Source: an uncultured Candidatus Saccharibacteria bacterium
Lineage (GTDB): Bacteria; Patescibacteriota; Dojkabacteria; J137
DNA length: 64,000 nucleotides
Assembly: GCA_965230975.1 (NCBI GenBank)
Contig: OZ246402.1
Coordinates: 37,771-101,770, forward strand
Direction of reading: 5' to 3'
The notes beneath the pieces were generated by a model. That model was given only the letters and a program-made list of their open reading frames with translations. It did not search any database and was not told the origin of the DNA. Shown here in pieces: positions 1-9,471 of this stretch (the stretch's first letter is position 1; the number at the start of each line of letters is the position of its first letter). A program made the translations under genes and the position numbers.

Positions 1-1848
1 ATATCCTTTAGGTAAAGCTTGATTCTCTGTAAACATAGATGTATTTAAAACTGCTGCTATTCCTGTCAAACTAAATTCATCTAATTTATTAAACATTGAT
101 ACAAAATCAAGACCTTCAGTTTGATAACGAAAGTAATCTTTTATTAATAATGTGATTACTGTTTCGTTTAAGTCACGAATATTGAACGGTAAATTAATAT
201 TCAAAGATTTAAGTAATTCAAATACTAATGACTGTCTTTTAGAAAATTCACTATCTGTATTTGGTTCTACTTCTTTTAGTGGCAATGGTGTAAAACTACT
301 TCTAATATAAACCTCTTTAATTGTCTGAGGTCCCAAATCAATAAATTGTCTTACATTAGTAAGATCAATTAGATAAGATTGCGAAATTGGGTCAAAGTAC
401 AATTTATCACGAACATTTATATAATTGACTATATTATTTGTATTAGTAATTGATATAACAAGGTCAGTAAGTTTTGAATTTGGAGGAGTAAATATTTGTC
501 CATAAATACGAATCTCGGTTCCAACTAACTCGCTTATTAAAGACAGTTTTCCTGAAAATATTTTAATACTCTTATCAGAGATTCTTTCTGCATAATCTTC
601 ACTTAAAGAATATGGAACAAGCTTATCTACTTTAAACGAGTAACCTTCTAATAGTACCTGTGGAATTTCTACAGAAGATTCATCTACCTCTGCTAAATTT
701 CTAGTTTGATATTCTGCCAACTCCTCTAATGTAGGTGTATATTCAAGATCGGGCACAAGCTCTTGTTTCTGATCCCTAGATATAAAACTTACTGCGTCAA
801 TGAACTTCATTCTAAAAGTTTTACTAATAGGCTCAACTAACAGTGTAGAAAAAGCATGTCTAAATATTTCTGCAGCAGCCATGTTATTCAATAAATTTGT
901 TTCATGCCTACCCATGTCAGAAAGAAGTAGTTCTGGATTATTTAACCATTCATCTTTAAATTTTTTGATTTTTTCTGTCCTACCTTCTGTACTATCATCA
1001 TAAGCGTTTTTTATAAGCATTTTCACAACTTCAATTCCATAAACCTCCGCTTGTGTATTTGCAGCATTCGTTATCTTTTCTTCAAAAATTCTTAAATAAT
1101 TAACATTCCAGTTAGCAAACTTAATAGGAGATATCATTTTTAACAAAGCAAGAATTTCTTTATCTAATGCTTCAAATTCACTTTCGAAGTTATCGTCGGA
1201 TATTGAGCTTGTAGGGAACTCATTTGGCATAGAAGCCAGGGCAGACGCTCTGCGAAATGCCATTTCCTTCTCCACATTAGGTTCTCCAAGAACATCACTA
1301 GTTCTTGCAAACCCCGATTCTTCAAATCTTGAATTCCTTCTTTGTATAAATTCCAATGCATTCGGATTTCTAACTTCATATCTTTTTGATGATATTGGAT
1401 TGGATTTGATTTTCGCAATAATACCTAATATCTTTTCTATTTGTGTTTTTTGAGAATCTGAGATTAATTGATCATATGATTCCGACAGCATAGAATGATA
1501 CAAAGCCTCGATTTCGGGCATATCTTCTTCAGGGAAAATTCTATCTAAAGGTCCAAAACCCCAACCTCTGTAACCCGAAGAGATATCCATTAACCCTAGA
1601 ATAGTCCTTATGTCTTCATTTGTATAAGGGTGTTGCAAACTTCTTAAAAAGTTAATTACTATTTCTGTTCTGGCAGGTGGATTAGGCTCTTTTTTGAGTT
1701 TTTTTAGCAATTCTACTAAAGGTTGGTAGAATCTATTTGACATGAACTGACTTTGGATTTCTCTATCAAACATTCGTGCAAAAAATTGATCAAAGAATTC
1801 CTCTGTTGCAACCTCTGGAAGGCTCTCTCCAACTTTATCTAGATCCAT
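1..1848 (-). CDS. Large hypothetical protein, 3' end runs off the window (>616 aa)
   Basis: Hand translation from ATG at 1848 (MDLDKVGESLPEVATEEFFDQFFARMFDREIQ...) stays open to base 1; absent from the ORF track because there is no stop in the window; no motif recognised. Confidence 0.8.
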   Translation of the reverse strand, partial: MDLDKVGESLPEVATEEFFDQFFARMFDREIQSQFMSNRFYQPLVELLKKLKKEPNPPARTEIVINFLRSLQHPYTNEDIRTILGLMDISSGYRGWGFGPLDRIFPEEDMPEIEALYHSMLSESYDQLISDSQKTQIEKILGIIAKIKSNPISSKRYEVRNPNALEFIQRRNSRFEESGFARTSDVLGEPNVEKEMAFRRASALASMPNEFPTSSISDDNFESEFEALDKEILALLKMISPIKFANWNVNYLRIFEEKITNAANTQAEVYGIEVVKMLIKNAYDDSTEGRTEKIKKFKDEWLNNPELLLSDMGRHETNLLNNMAAAEIFRHAFSTLLVEPISKTFRMKFIDAVSFISRDQKQELVPDLEYTPTLEELAEYQTRNLAEVDESSVEIPQVLLEGYSFKVDKLVPYSLSEDYAERISDKSIKIFSGKLSLISELVGTEIRIYGQIFTPPNSKLTDLVISITNTNNIVNYINVRDKLYFDPISQSYLIDLTNVRQFIDLGPQTIKEVYIRSSFTPLPLKEVEPNTDSEFSKRQSLVFELLKSLNINLPFNIRDLNETVITLLIKDYFRYQTEGLDFVSMFNKLDEFSLTGIAAVLNTSMFTENQALPKGY

Positions 1849-1870
1849 ATCTTATATTTGATTAGTTTAA

Positions 1871-4003
1871 TTACTGAATCTTTAAATTAATTCTATCAAA
1901 GTCAGTAGGGACTTTTTGTAAAAAGCTCGGAACAATTTGTGGGGCAAAAACTACTCTATATTTTTCTATTTCATCAAACAAAGAAAAGTAATCTCTAACC
2001 TCTTGCATAGATAAACCTGCAACAGCTTCTTTTATTTCTACTTCATCTAAAGATTTAGTTATAGAACCCTTTGAAGAGATAGATAGCACATAACTAGATT
2101 CAACTTCCTCTACTTTATCAATTTGCAAATCTGCAACATTTTTTATTTCTGTATCACCATTTTGATCGTTCTTTAAAATCTCTTTTGCAACAGTCTCTAG
2201 GTCAGCTTGTTTTATTGCCATACCGCTAACTTTTCCTTTTACAGTCAAGCTAAATGTTTTATCTAAACTCTCTTCACCTTCTGCAGGAGCAGCTTTAGAT
2301 TCTGTTTCTTCAAACTTTATTGTCTCTTTTAATAAAGTGTACCCACTTGGAACTAATGCAGTTAATTTAGATTCTGCCTCTTTTTGCAAATCAGGTAAAA
2401 TAACATCTTTAACTGTTTTAATATTATCTGCCGAAACAGAAGTGAAAGCTTCTGATGTACCACCAGTAATATTTGCGTACCTAGAACCTTTTACTTGAGA
2501 AAGTGTATACCCTTCTATTTTAAAGTCTTTATTTGTATCAGAATCAACAATATTATAATTGGCACCCGGTTTTTCCGCCTCTATTTGAACATCTTCTAAC
2601 CTGGTTGCTCCACTTACAGTAGAACCCTCTGCTGCAGCGGTAGCTTTTTTGATTGTGACCTCTTTTGTTAATAAATAAACCAAACTTGTCTCGTTGCTAG
2701 TAATTTTTGTACCTACTGGCAAAGTAACATCTTTATCTAAAGTATTTAAAATATCAATTACACCTTTGGACTTATTTCCTCTAACACCTTGACCATTTGC
2801 CTCACCTGTTCTAGATAAACTAACTTCGTTTATTTGTAATAATTGGCCGGGGATTTTGAATTGAGCAGTATCTACGGTACTTAAAGTAGGGTCTATTGTG
2901 ATTGTCCCTTCAGTGCTTACATCTTCTTTCTTTAATGTAAGTGTAATGTCTACACTAGATAACTGAAATGATACAAACCAAATTCCAACCAAAGCGAATA
3001 TTAAAACCAAGAAAGATATTATTGCTATTTTTTTATTTCTATCTTGAGGGTTACTAAATCTATTTAGAGACTGTCTTTTTGAAGACCTGTTAAATAATCC
3101 AGCTAAAAATCCAGTAGAACCAGAAGATCTTTTAAAATCCATGCCTGTAAAAGATGATTTGTTAGAAAAACTTTTAATTGGTCTTCTAATTAAATCTTCT
3201 TGAATAGCTTCTGATGCATCTAAACTAGTTGTGTTATCAATTTCATCATTACTCATATTGTTTTCGCCTAGTATTTTAGCACGAGCACTCTCTTTATCGA
3301 ATTTCTTTAAATCTCCGCCAGATAATATTTCTATACCGTCAATATTAACCATTTTAGGTTCCCTTCTTGGTTTTTGATATCTTTTTAATAAACTCTCAGT
3401 TGATGGATCAGTTTGCGCTTCAATATGATTCTCGACTTCTGCAGAATTTAAGTCTTGCATATCTTGCTCTGGATTTTGATCAAGTGATTCATCTACCATA
3501 GAAGTTTCCAAGAGTTCACTGTTTTCATTTTCTATGGTTTCTAATTGATCATTGGATTCTTGTACTATTTCTGAGTTAGAAAGTTCAGTTGGAAATTGTT
3601 GGCTTTCTGGAATATCAACCTGAATTGTAGAAGGGTCTTCATTTATATTTTGTAAATTCTCAATTTTTCTATTTTGAAATTTACTTAAAACATCCACTTT
3701 GCTTGTTGCAGATTCTTCCCACATCTCATTAGTAATAGAACTTACTTTTGCAGCTACTAAAAACCCGGCTTTTTCTGCTATATGTTTGCCATAAGCATCT
3801 TCTGTTACCAAAACCGCTATCTTTTTAGATTTTGCTATTTCTCTGAATAAAATATTAATACTTATGTAACTACTTAACAGTATTGAATTTTGTGGTATAA
3901 CTAAAATGATTCTCTCTTTATCAGAATTTAACAATCTTTCTATAACAGTAACGATCTCTTCGTTTGGGTCAACAAAAATTTTTTCAGATGCAGAAATAGC
4001 CAC
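1871..4003 (-). CDS. Single-pass membrane protein with C-terminal baseplate J/gp47-like domain
   Basis: N-terminal alpha/beta domain, acidic disordered linker, one TM (IAIISFLVLIFALVGIWFV), then baseplate-J-like motifs KSKGVIDILN, LPVGTKI, IEAEKPGANYNI, ITGGTS. Confidence 0.7.
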   Translation of the reverse strand: MAISASEKIFVDPNEEIVTVIERLLNSDKERIILVIPQNSILLSSYISINILFREIAKSKKIAVLVTEDAYGKHIAEKAGFLVAAKVSSITNEMWEESATSKVDVLSKFQNRKIENLQNINEDPSTIQVDIPESQQFPTELSNSEIVQESNDQLETIENENSELLETSMVDESLDQNPEQDMQDLNSAEVENHIEAQTDPSTESLLKRYQKPRREPKMVNIDGIEILSGGDLKKFDKESARAKILGENNMSNDEIDNTTSLDASEAIQEDLIRRPIKSFSNKSSFTGMDFKRSSGSTGFLAGLFNRSSKRQSLNRFSNPQDRNKKIAIISFLVLIFALVGIWFVSFQLSSVDITLTLKKEDVSTEGTITIDPTLSTVDTAQFKIPGQLLQINEVSLSRTGEANGQGVRGNKSKGVIDILNTLDKDVTLPVGTKITSNETSLVYLLTKEVTIKKATAAAEGSTVSGATRLEDVQIEAEKPGANYNIVDSDTNKDFKIEGYTLSQVKGSRYANITGGTSEAFTSVSADNIKTVKDVILPDLQKEAESKLTALVPSGYTLLKETIKFEETESKAAPAEGEESLDKTFSLTVKGKVSGMAIKQADLETVAKEILKNDQNGDTEIKNVADLQIDKVEEVESSYVLSISSKGSITKSLDEVEIKEAVAGLSMQEVRDYFSLFDEIEKYRVVFAPQIVPSFLQKVPTDFDRINLKIQ

Positions 4004-4019
4004 GTTTTAAATTTAATAT

Positions 4020-5246
4020 TTATTCTAAAATCATTCTAGCCAAAGATAACGGTGCAACATCTGCAGGCATTTTTGCAGATTTTGTTTTGTCAGATATATC
4101 TTTTAAGTTGGTTGGGAATATAAAATTCACTTTTGGATACTTTTTAAAATTGAATAGCTGTAACCAAGGGTGTGTTATTAAACCTTCTTGAATTTCTGGT
4201 AGTAATGCACCTCCACCACACAGATAAATCACTGCAGGGTACTCTTCTATCTCTTCAAATTCTTCTAGACACAGCTCTACTCCAGTAAGCCATACTTTAA
4301 CATCTTGTGTAAATACCCTATTTAATTCCAATGATTCAGATTTATCTAATTTACCTTCTGAATAATCTATCTTTTTTTGTTCTGCCTCTTCGTAAGTCAG
4401 GTTTAATTCTTTTGCAACTCTTTTTGTAAAAACACCACCACCAATTGCAAACATTTTTGTACCAACAATATCTCCATTTTTAACTAAGGCAACATCTGTT
4501 GTTCCCCCTCCAATGTCTATAACTATTGCGCTAGAATTGTTAGTCCTTAAATCTTTTACTGCCATAGATATAGCATATGGTTCAACAACAATCCTTTTTA
4601 AATCAAGGTTTAGCTGAGTAGCAACCTGATTAATTGAGTCCAAATAAATTTTTGGTGCAAAAGTTGAGAAAACTCTATAGACAAGTTCTGTTCCGGTATA
4701 CCCCAGTGGGTTAACTACTCTTGTACCGTCTATATAAACACTATTAATATAAGTTTCCACTTCTTCTACCAAGTTTGGTTTGATTCCAATCTCATCTGCA
4801 ATTTCCTCTTTTGTGTTTGGGAAAGTATATTTTTTAACTTTTTCGATAAGTTTTTCTAGCTCCTTTTCGTTTATTGGGGATTGTGGATTATCTCTGTCAG
4901 AATTAACCATAACTGTTACTCCTTGTACCAATTCACCAGCAATGCCTATAACGGCCTCTGTTGGCATAAGAAATTCATTACCATTTGTTTGTGCCATAGA
5001 TATACATTCACCAATGCTGTAATCTAAGGTTTCTATGACATTTTTCAAGTTGATAATAAATGCAGCATACATAGAAGATTCTTTTTGTCTTTTTCGATTG
5101 TAACCAATAACCTCAACTTCAGACTCTTTATTTTTTGTAAACAATACTGTCTTTACATATTCTGTACCTATATCAAGTGCTAAATAAGCTTGAGGCTTGT
5201 CAATTACTGAGCTGCTTTGTGGTTTTTGTAAAAAGTTTATTTTCAT
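4020..5246 (-). CDS. FtsA/PilM-like actin-fold ATPase (second paralogue)
   Basis: LALDIGTEYVK, VVEPYA, VIDIGGGTTDVA, YLCGGGALLP motifs; likely start MKINFLQK at 5246 rather than TTG 5297. Confidence 0.85.
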   Translation of the reverse strand: MKINFLQKPQSSSVIDKPQAYLALDIGTEYVKTVLFTKNKESEVEVIGYNRKRQKESSMYAAFIINLKNVIETLDYSIGECISMAQTNGNEFLMPTEAVIGIAGELVQGVTVMVNSDRDNPQSPINEKELEKLIEKVKKYTFPNTKEEIADEIGIKPNLVEEVETYINSVYIDGTRVVNPLGYTGTELVYRVFSTFAPKIYLDSINQVATQLNLDLKRIVVEPYAISMAVKDLRTNNSSAIVIDIGGGTTDVALVKNGDIVGTKMFAIGGGVFTKRVAKELNLTYEEAEQKKIDYSEGKLDKSESLELNRVFTQDVKVWLTGVELCLEEFEEIEEYPAVIYLCGGGALLPEIQEGLITHPWLQLFNFKKYPKVNFIFPTNLKDISDKTKSAKMPADVAPLSLARMILE

Positions 5247-5385
5247 ACCTTGAAGTTTAGGTACTTCTACTATACAGAAAAGTAAAACATTTCTCAATTC
5301 TTAAATTTATTCATTAGTTATCTTTTTGATTTGCCAGTAAAGATATAGCAATGATATACTTCTTAATAAGAATTAAAACCAAAGT

Positions 5386-5901
5386 ATGAAGATATTTGTC
5401 TCAATAGCAAGTAATAAAACAAAAACTAACGATTTAAAAGAAGGAGTTGACGCTCTTAAAAGAATTGGGCACAACGTTAATATTTCTGATAGATTTTCGG
5501 ATAAAAACGATAAACTAATTAAAGATTGTGATCTATTAATTGCAGAAATTTCAGAATTAAACTATAAGCAGGGTTTTGAAATTGCAAGAGCCTTAGATGA
5601 AAAAAAAGTGGTAATCACTTTAGAAGAAGAAGGTTCTAATAACTCTAAAGATCTTCCCAAAAACAAATCCTTGATTGTAAAAAGGTATTCTTCAAAAGAT
5701 TTAGTTACGGTTATAGAAAAAGCAATCAAAGAGGCAGAAAGCAAACTAGATTCTAAGTTCATTTTAATAATTTCCCCAGAAATTGATAGGTATTTGGAAT
5801 GGGCTGCACAATCTAAAAGAATGCACAAGGCACAAATTGTAAGAAACGCAGTAGAACAGCAAATGAAAAAGGATAAGGATTACAAGGAGTATTTAGACTA
5901 A
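5386..5901 (+). CDS. Nucleoside 2-deoxyribosyltransferase-like domain fused to C-terminal ribbon-helix-helix; putative regulator
   Basis: CDLLIAEIS...GFEIARAL..KKVVITL (NDT/Rcl-like); C-terminal KFILIISPEIDRYLEWAA...KAQIVRNAV (CopG/RHH pattern). Confidence 0.6.
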   Translation: MKIFVSIASNKTKTNDLKEGVDALKRIGHNVNISDRFSDKNDKLIKDCDLLIAEISELNYKQGFEIARALDEKKVVITLEEEGSNNSKDLPKNKSLIVKRYSSKDLVTVIEKAIKEAESKLDSKFILIISPEIDRYLEWAAQSKRMHKAQIVRNAVEQQMKKDKDYKEYLD

Positions 5902-6338
5902 GATTCCTCTTCAAAACTAGAATCCTCTTTGGGATGAGGGAAATGGATAGTAATATAATCTGAATAGCCTGGAGTTAGACTTTTTTGATAACCCCTAAAT
6001 TCGCCTTCATATTCTGCCGAGACTCTCGTTATCTCTTCAATAAATTCATTCAGCAAAGAAGATTTTCCTACTCTAGAAAAACTTAGAGTAAATGAATGTC
6101 GGGTCTGGTAAATACGTATATCTCCATCCACTCGTCTTTTGGTTTTGTCGTACCAAACATAACTTGAAATATCAATTTTTTCAATAAGAATACCAAAAGT
6201 CCTCTCTATGCTTGATTTAAAATAATCTAAAAGTAATTTAAATTTTTCGGATTGTACTCTTGTTTGAGCCTGGGCAAGTTCAAATGCAACTTTTCTTGCT
6301 CCAATGTCTATTGTTTCCACAACGTCATGAATACCCAT
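5898..6338 (-). CDS. Hypothetical protein
   Basis: 146-aa ORF directly downstream of the Lon-like gene; no motif recognised. Confidence 0.6.
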   Translation of the reverse strand: MGIHDVVETIDIGARKVAFELAQAQTRVQSEKFKLLLDYFKSSIERTFGILIEKIDISSYVWYDKTKRRVDGDIRIYQTRHSFTLSFSRVGKSSLLNEFIEEITRVSAEYEGEFRGYQKSLTPGYSDYITIHFPHPKEDSSFEEES

Positions 6339-6344
6339 TTTATA

Positions 6345-7577
6345 TTAACTATACACCCCAATATCTTCGGGTATAAACTGTCTAAAATTATCTTTAGTAA
6401 TTTTTGTGCCGGTTGAAATACCTTGCACTATTTGAAGTGCAACTTTTCTTGCAAGCTGAGTCAAAGTTCTTTCAAGCTGTCTAACACCTGCATCAAACCC
6501 TAGTGGCCTAATAACAAGTGGCCAAACATCATCATCAAAACTTAACTGTGCCTCTGTTAAGCCAGTAGCCTCTCTGACTTTAGGTAGTAAATAATTCTTG
6601 GCAATTACAACTTTATCATTATCTGTATAGCTACCAAAACGAATAACTTCTAAACGATCTAACAGTGCAGCAGAAATGCCACCCAAGTTATTTGCTGTCG
6701 TAATAAACATTACTTTAGATAAATCTAATGGATAATCTAAATACTTATCCATAAAAGTCGCATTTTGCTCTGGGTCTAAAATTTCTAGTAAAGCTGCCAT
6801 TACATCTGCCCTCAATCCGGTGTCAGAACTAACTTTATCTATTTCGTCTAGAAGAATTAAAGGGTTCATAGTTTGAGTTCTAACCAATGCCTTAACCACC
6901 TGCCCCGGCTCTGCACTTACACTTCCTTTTGGAATACCTCTAATTTCAGTTACCGAACCTAATGCTCCTAAAGAGATTCTAATGAATTTTCTATTTAAAG
7001 CTTGCGCAATTGATTTTGCCATAGATGTTTTACCTACACCCTGAATTCCAACAAAACACAATACGGGAGAATGAGAACTACTGCCTTGCAAAACTTCCAT
7101 ACCGTTTTCTTGTGTGTCAGATTTTGACTGTACTGCCTCCATTTTTTGTAGCTGCAAAACTGCCAAATACTCTAAAATACTATTCTTAACTGGGTCTAAA
7201 CCATAGTGATTTTTCAATAATGTTTCTTTAACCTTATTAATATCTCCACTTTCTTGGGAGTATATCTCAAATGGGATCTTTACTATCCAGTTTATATATT
7301 CTGATACAGGCTCAAACTCTTGCGAAAAATTACCTTTTTGAGACATCTTTACTAATCTCATCAACATTCCTTCTGCCTTTAGTTTTAAATCTGCCGGCAA
7401 TTTGGCTTCATCTACCTTTTTCTTTAAACTTGCTATTTCAAATTCTAAATCCATTGCCATTGTGCCAGATGAAGTCGTGCCCGTAACTGGCTCTAGTGGA
7501 GCACGTGGTAATAAATCAGAGGTTGAAACTACTTGTGTTGTGTTATTTGTGGTTGAGTTTAGGTCATTCATATTCAC
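6345..7577 (-). CDS. Lon-family AAA+ ATPase lacking N-domain and protease domain
   Basis: HYGLDPVK, LCFVGIQGVGKTS (Walker A), LILLDEIDKV (Walker B), ALLEILDPEQN, LLDRLEVI, AGVRQLER; ends before any Ser-Lys protease domain. Confidence 0.85.
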   Translation of the reverse strand: MNMNDLNSTTNNTTQVVSTSDLLPRAPLEPVTGTTSSGTMAMDLEFEIASLKKKVDEAKLPADLKLKAEGMLMRLVKMSQKGNFSQEFEPVSEYINWIVKIPFEIYSQESGDINKVKETLLKNHYGLDPVKNSILEYLAVLQLQKMEAVQSKSDTQENGMEVLQGSSSHSPVLCFVGIQGVGKTSMAKSIAQALNRKFIRISLGALGSVTEIRGIPKGSVSAEPGQVVKALVRTQTMNPLILLDEIDKVSSDTGLRADVMAALLEILDPEQNATFMDKYLDYPLDLSKVMFITTANNLGGISAALLDRLEVIRFGSYTDNDKVVIAKNYLLPKVREATGLTEAQLSFDDDVWPLVIRPLGFDAGVRQLERTLTQLARKVALQIVQGISTGTKITKDNFRQFIPEDIGVYS

Positions 7578-7637
7578 TACAAGAATACCTTAAATTTTAA
7601 CAAAATTCCATGTAATGCAAAGGAATTACACTATAGA

Positions 7638-7665
7638 AACGGGCCCCGATATATCGGGGCCCGTT
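7638..7665 (-). terminator. GC-rich palindrome downstream of rplY, probable terminator
   Basis: Perfect 28-bp palindrome AACGGGCCCCGATATATCGGGGCCCGTT 20 bp after the rplY stop; U-tract is weak. Confidence 0.6.
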
Positions 7666-7685
7666 GAAAAATCTTTATTAAAAGT

Positions 7686-8339
7686 TTATTTTTCTTCTGA
7701 TTCAGCTTCTGTAGTTGCTTCTGCAGTTGCGCCTTCTTCTCCTTCTGAAGTTGTTTCTGCAGGTGCTTCTTCAACTTCTTCTTTTTGGAATGAAGCGATA
7801 TAAACTACAGCGGAAGTTGGATCAACACTACTATCCCACTCTACACCTTCGGGTAACTGAACTGTATCTAATGTAATAGCATCTCCCGGTTGGTTCAAGT
7901 TTGAAATATCAACTTCAATACTTGAAGGTAAATCTTTTGGTAAACAGTGAACTGTAATAGCATCAAATTGAGTAATTAAGAAACCAAGGTTTTGCTTAAC
8001 TGCTGGAGCTTCTCCGTTAACAATAACAGGAACTTCAACATTTAGCTTTCTATCTTCTGCAACTTGGTAAAAACTTACATCCATGTATTCATCTGTTACT
8101 GGGTGAATATTGATTTCTTTAATTAAAACCTTAGAAGGCTTTGACTCTCCTTCTATTTCAAGGTCAAAAAATTTATTTCCACCTACTTTTTTGAATATTT
8201 GTTGTAATTCTTTTTTATCTACTTGTAAATTTGTAGACTCTCTTTTTGGACCAAAAACGCTACCAGGTACAAAACCCATTGTTCTAATATTCTTAGATTT
8301 TTTTCCTACAACTTCTCTTTTTTGTGCTTTAAGTTTCAT
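7686..8339 (-). CDS. rplY: 50S ribosomal protein L25 (long CTC form)
   Basis: LKAQKREVVGK, VPGSVFG, VLIKEINIHPV, LPSSIEVDISNL, acidic tail. Confidence 0.95.
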   Translation of the reverse strand: MKLKAQKREVVGKKSKNIRTMGFVPGSVFGPKRESTNLQVDKKELQQIFKKVGGNKFFDLEIEGESKPSKVLIKEINIHPVTDEYMDVSFYQVAEDRKLNVEVPVIVNGEAPAVKQNLGFLITQFDAITVHCLPKDLPSSIEVDISNLNQPGDAITLDTVQLPEGVEWDSSVDPTSAVVYIASFQKEEVEEAPAETTSEGEEGATAEATTEAESEEK

Positions 8340-8456
8340 ATTATTTTAAATTAGAATTTACAATGTTAAATTTTTGATGCAACTTACAAACTAGTTTCAT
8401 CAATTAATCTATTGAGCTTGACCATCAAGCTATTTCAGATTATTTAGATCGGTGAA

Positions 8457-9269
8457 TTATACCACACGTTCTACAGACTGTCTTTGAAATCTTTGTATTA
8501 AAAGCGTTTGTATTATAACAAATGTGTTTTGCACAATCCAATAAACACTTAGACCTATTGGGATTGAGTAAGATATAAATGCAATCATTATTGGGAACAA
8601 TACCATTGTTTGTTTTGTAGATTGTTGCAAAGCCGCTGCAAAGTCCTCTGTTGGGGCTTCTTTTTTGTCTCTAGACTTATCTTTTTCTGTAGATACAGCA
8701 TTTTTTGGCATGCTCATTTTAATAGAGATGTACTGGGTTATTGCAGACAATGCGATAAAGATTATGTATGGCAAGATACCTAAATTTTCAAAACCTATTG
8801 CAGATGCTGCAGTTTTTAAATCTACTATCCCAAAGAAAGATGTGTGTATTTGGTATCCTTCTGCAAATTTTTCTATAAACGGATAGGCAACAATGTTAAA
8901 ACTTTCTGCTCCTGTCTTGATTAAATTGTTTATAACGTTGTAAATATTAATAAACAAAATAAACTGTAAAATTGCTGGTAAACACCCGGCTAATTGTGCT
9001 GGCAAGTATTCAGATTGAACTTTGGCAAGTTCTTGTTGCAGTTTTTCTTTTTCGTTTTTAAACTTTTTCTTTACTGCATCTAGTTTTTCTTGCATTTCCT
9101 TATTTGTAGTCATCATTTTTGCTTGTCTTAAGCTTATTGGTAATGTGACTAATCTAGATATTAATGCAATTAAAATTATTGCTAAGCCCAGGTTTTCACT
9201 AAAAAGTCTGTACAAAACAACCATTAAGTTAAAAATTGGTTGGTAAAAAAGTACTGTAAATATGTCCAT
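8457..9269 (-). CDS. yidC: YidC/Oxa1 membrane protein insertase (short form)
   Basis: LGLAIILIALISRLVTLP, GCLPAILQ, PIGLSVYWIVQN. Confidence 0.92.
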   Translation of the reverse strand: MDIFTVLFYQPIFNLMVVLYRLFSENLGLAIILIALISRLVTLPISLRQAKMMTTNKEMQEKLDAVKKKFKNEKEKLQQELAKVQSEYLPAQLAGCLPAILQFILFINIYNVINNLIKTGAESFNIVAYPFIEKFAEGYQIHTSFFGIVDLKTAASAIGFENLGILPYIIFIALSAITQYISIKMSMPKNAVSTEKDKSRDKKEAPTEDFAAALQQSTKQTMVLFPIMIAFISYSIPIGLSVYWIVQNTFVIIQTLLIQRFQRQSVERVV

Positions 9270-9421
9270 TTTTAATTAGTTATAAGTATTAAGTTGTGAG
9301 TTTTAAGGCTAGTTTAAATTGCTGATTTTTGGCAAGTTGTAATCAAACAATAAAAACGTAGAGTTAGAACTTTATATGATAACAGAATTTAGGTGTTTTC
9401 AGAATCTATGTTTTTAGATAC

Positions 9422-9467
9422 AAAAAAACCCGCATTGTTAGCAATAGACATATTGCTTAATACGGGC
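9422..9467 (-). terminator. Intrinsic terminator after tmRNA
   Basis: Minus strand GCCCGTATT-AAGCAATA-TGTC-TATTGCTAA-CAATGCGGGT followed by a T-run. Confidence 0.75.
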
Positions 9468-9471
9468 TTAT

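Noticed and set aside
800-1418. Short ORFs 800-1003 and 1164-1418
   Set aside because: They lie within the longer minus-strand ORF 1-1848, antisense or out of frame
1871-4003. Prophage suggested by the baseplate domain
   Set aside because: No integrase, terminase, capsid, sheath or tube genes; the protein is membrane-anchored
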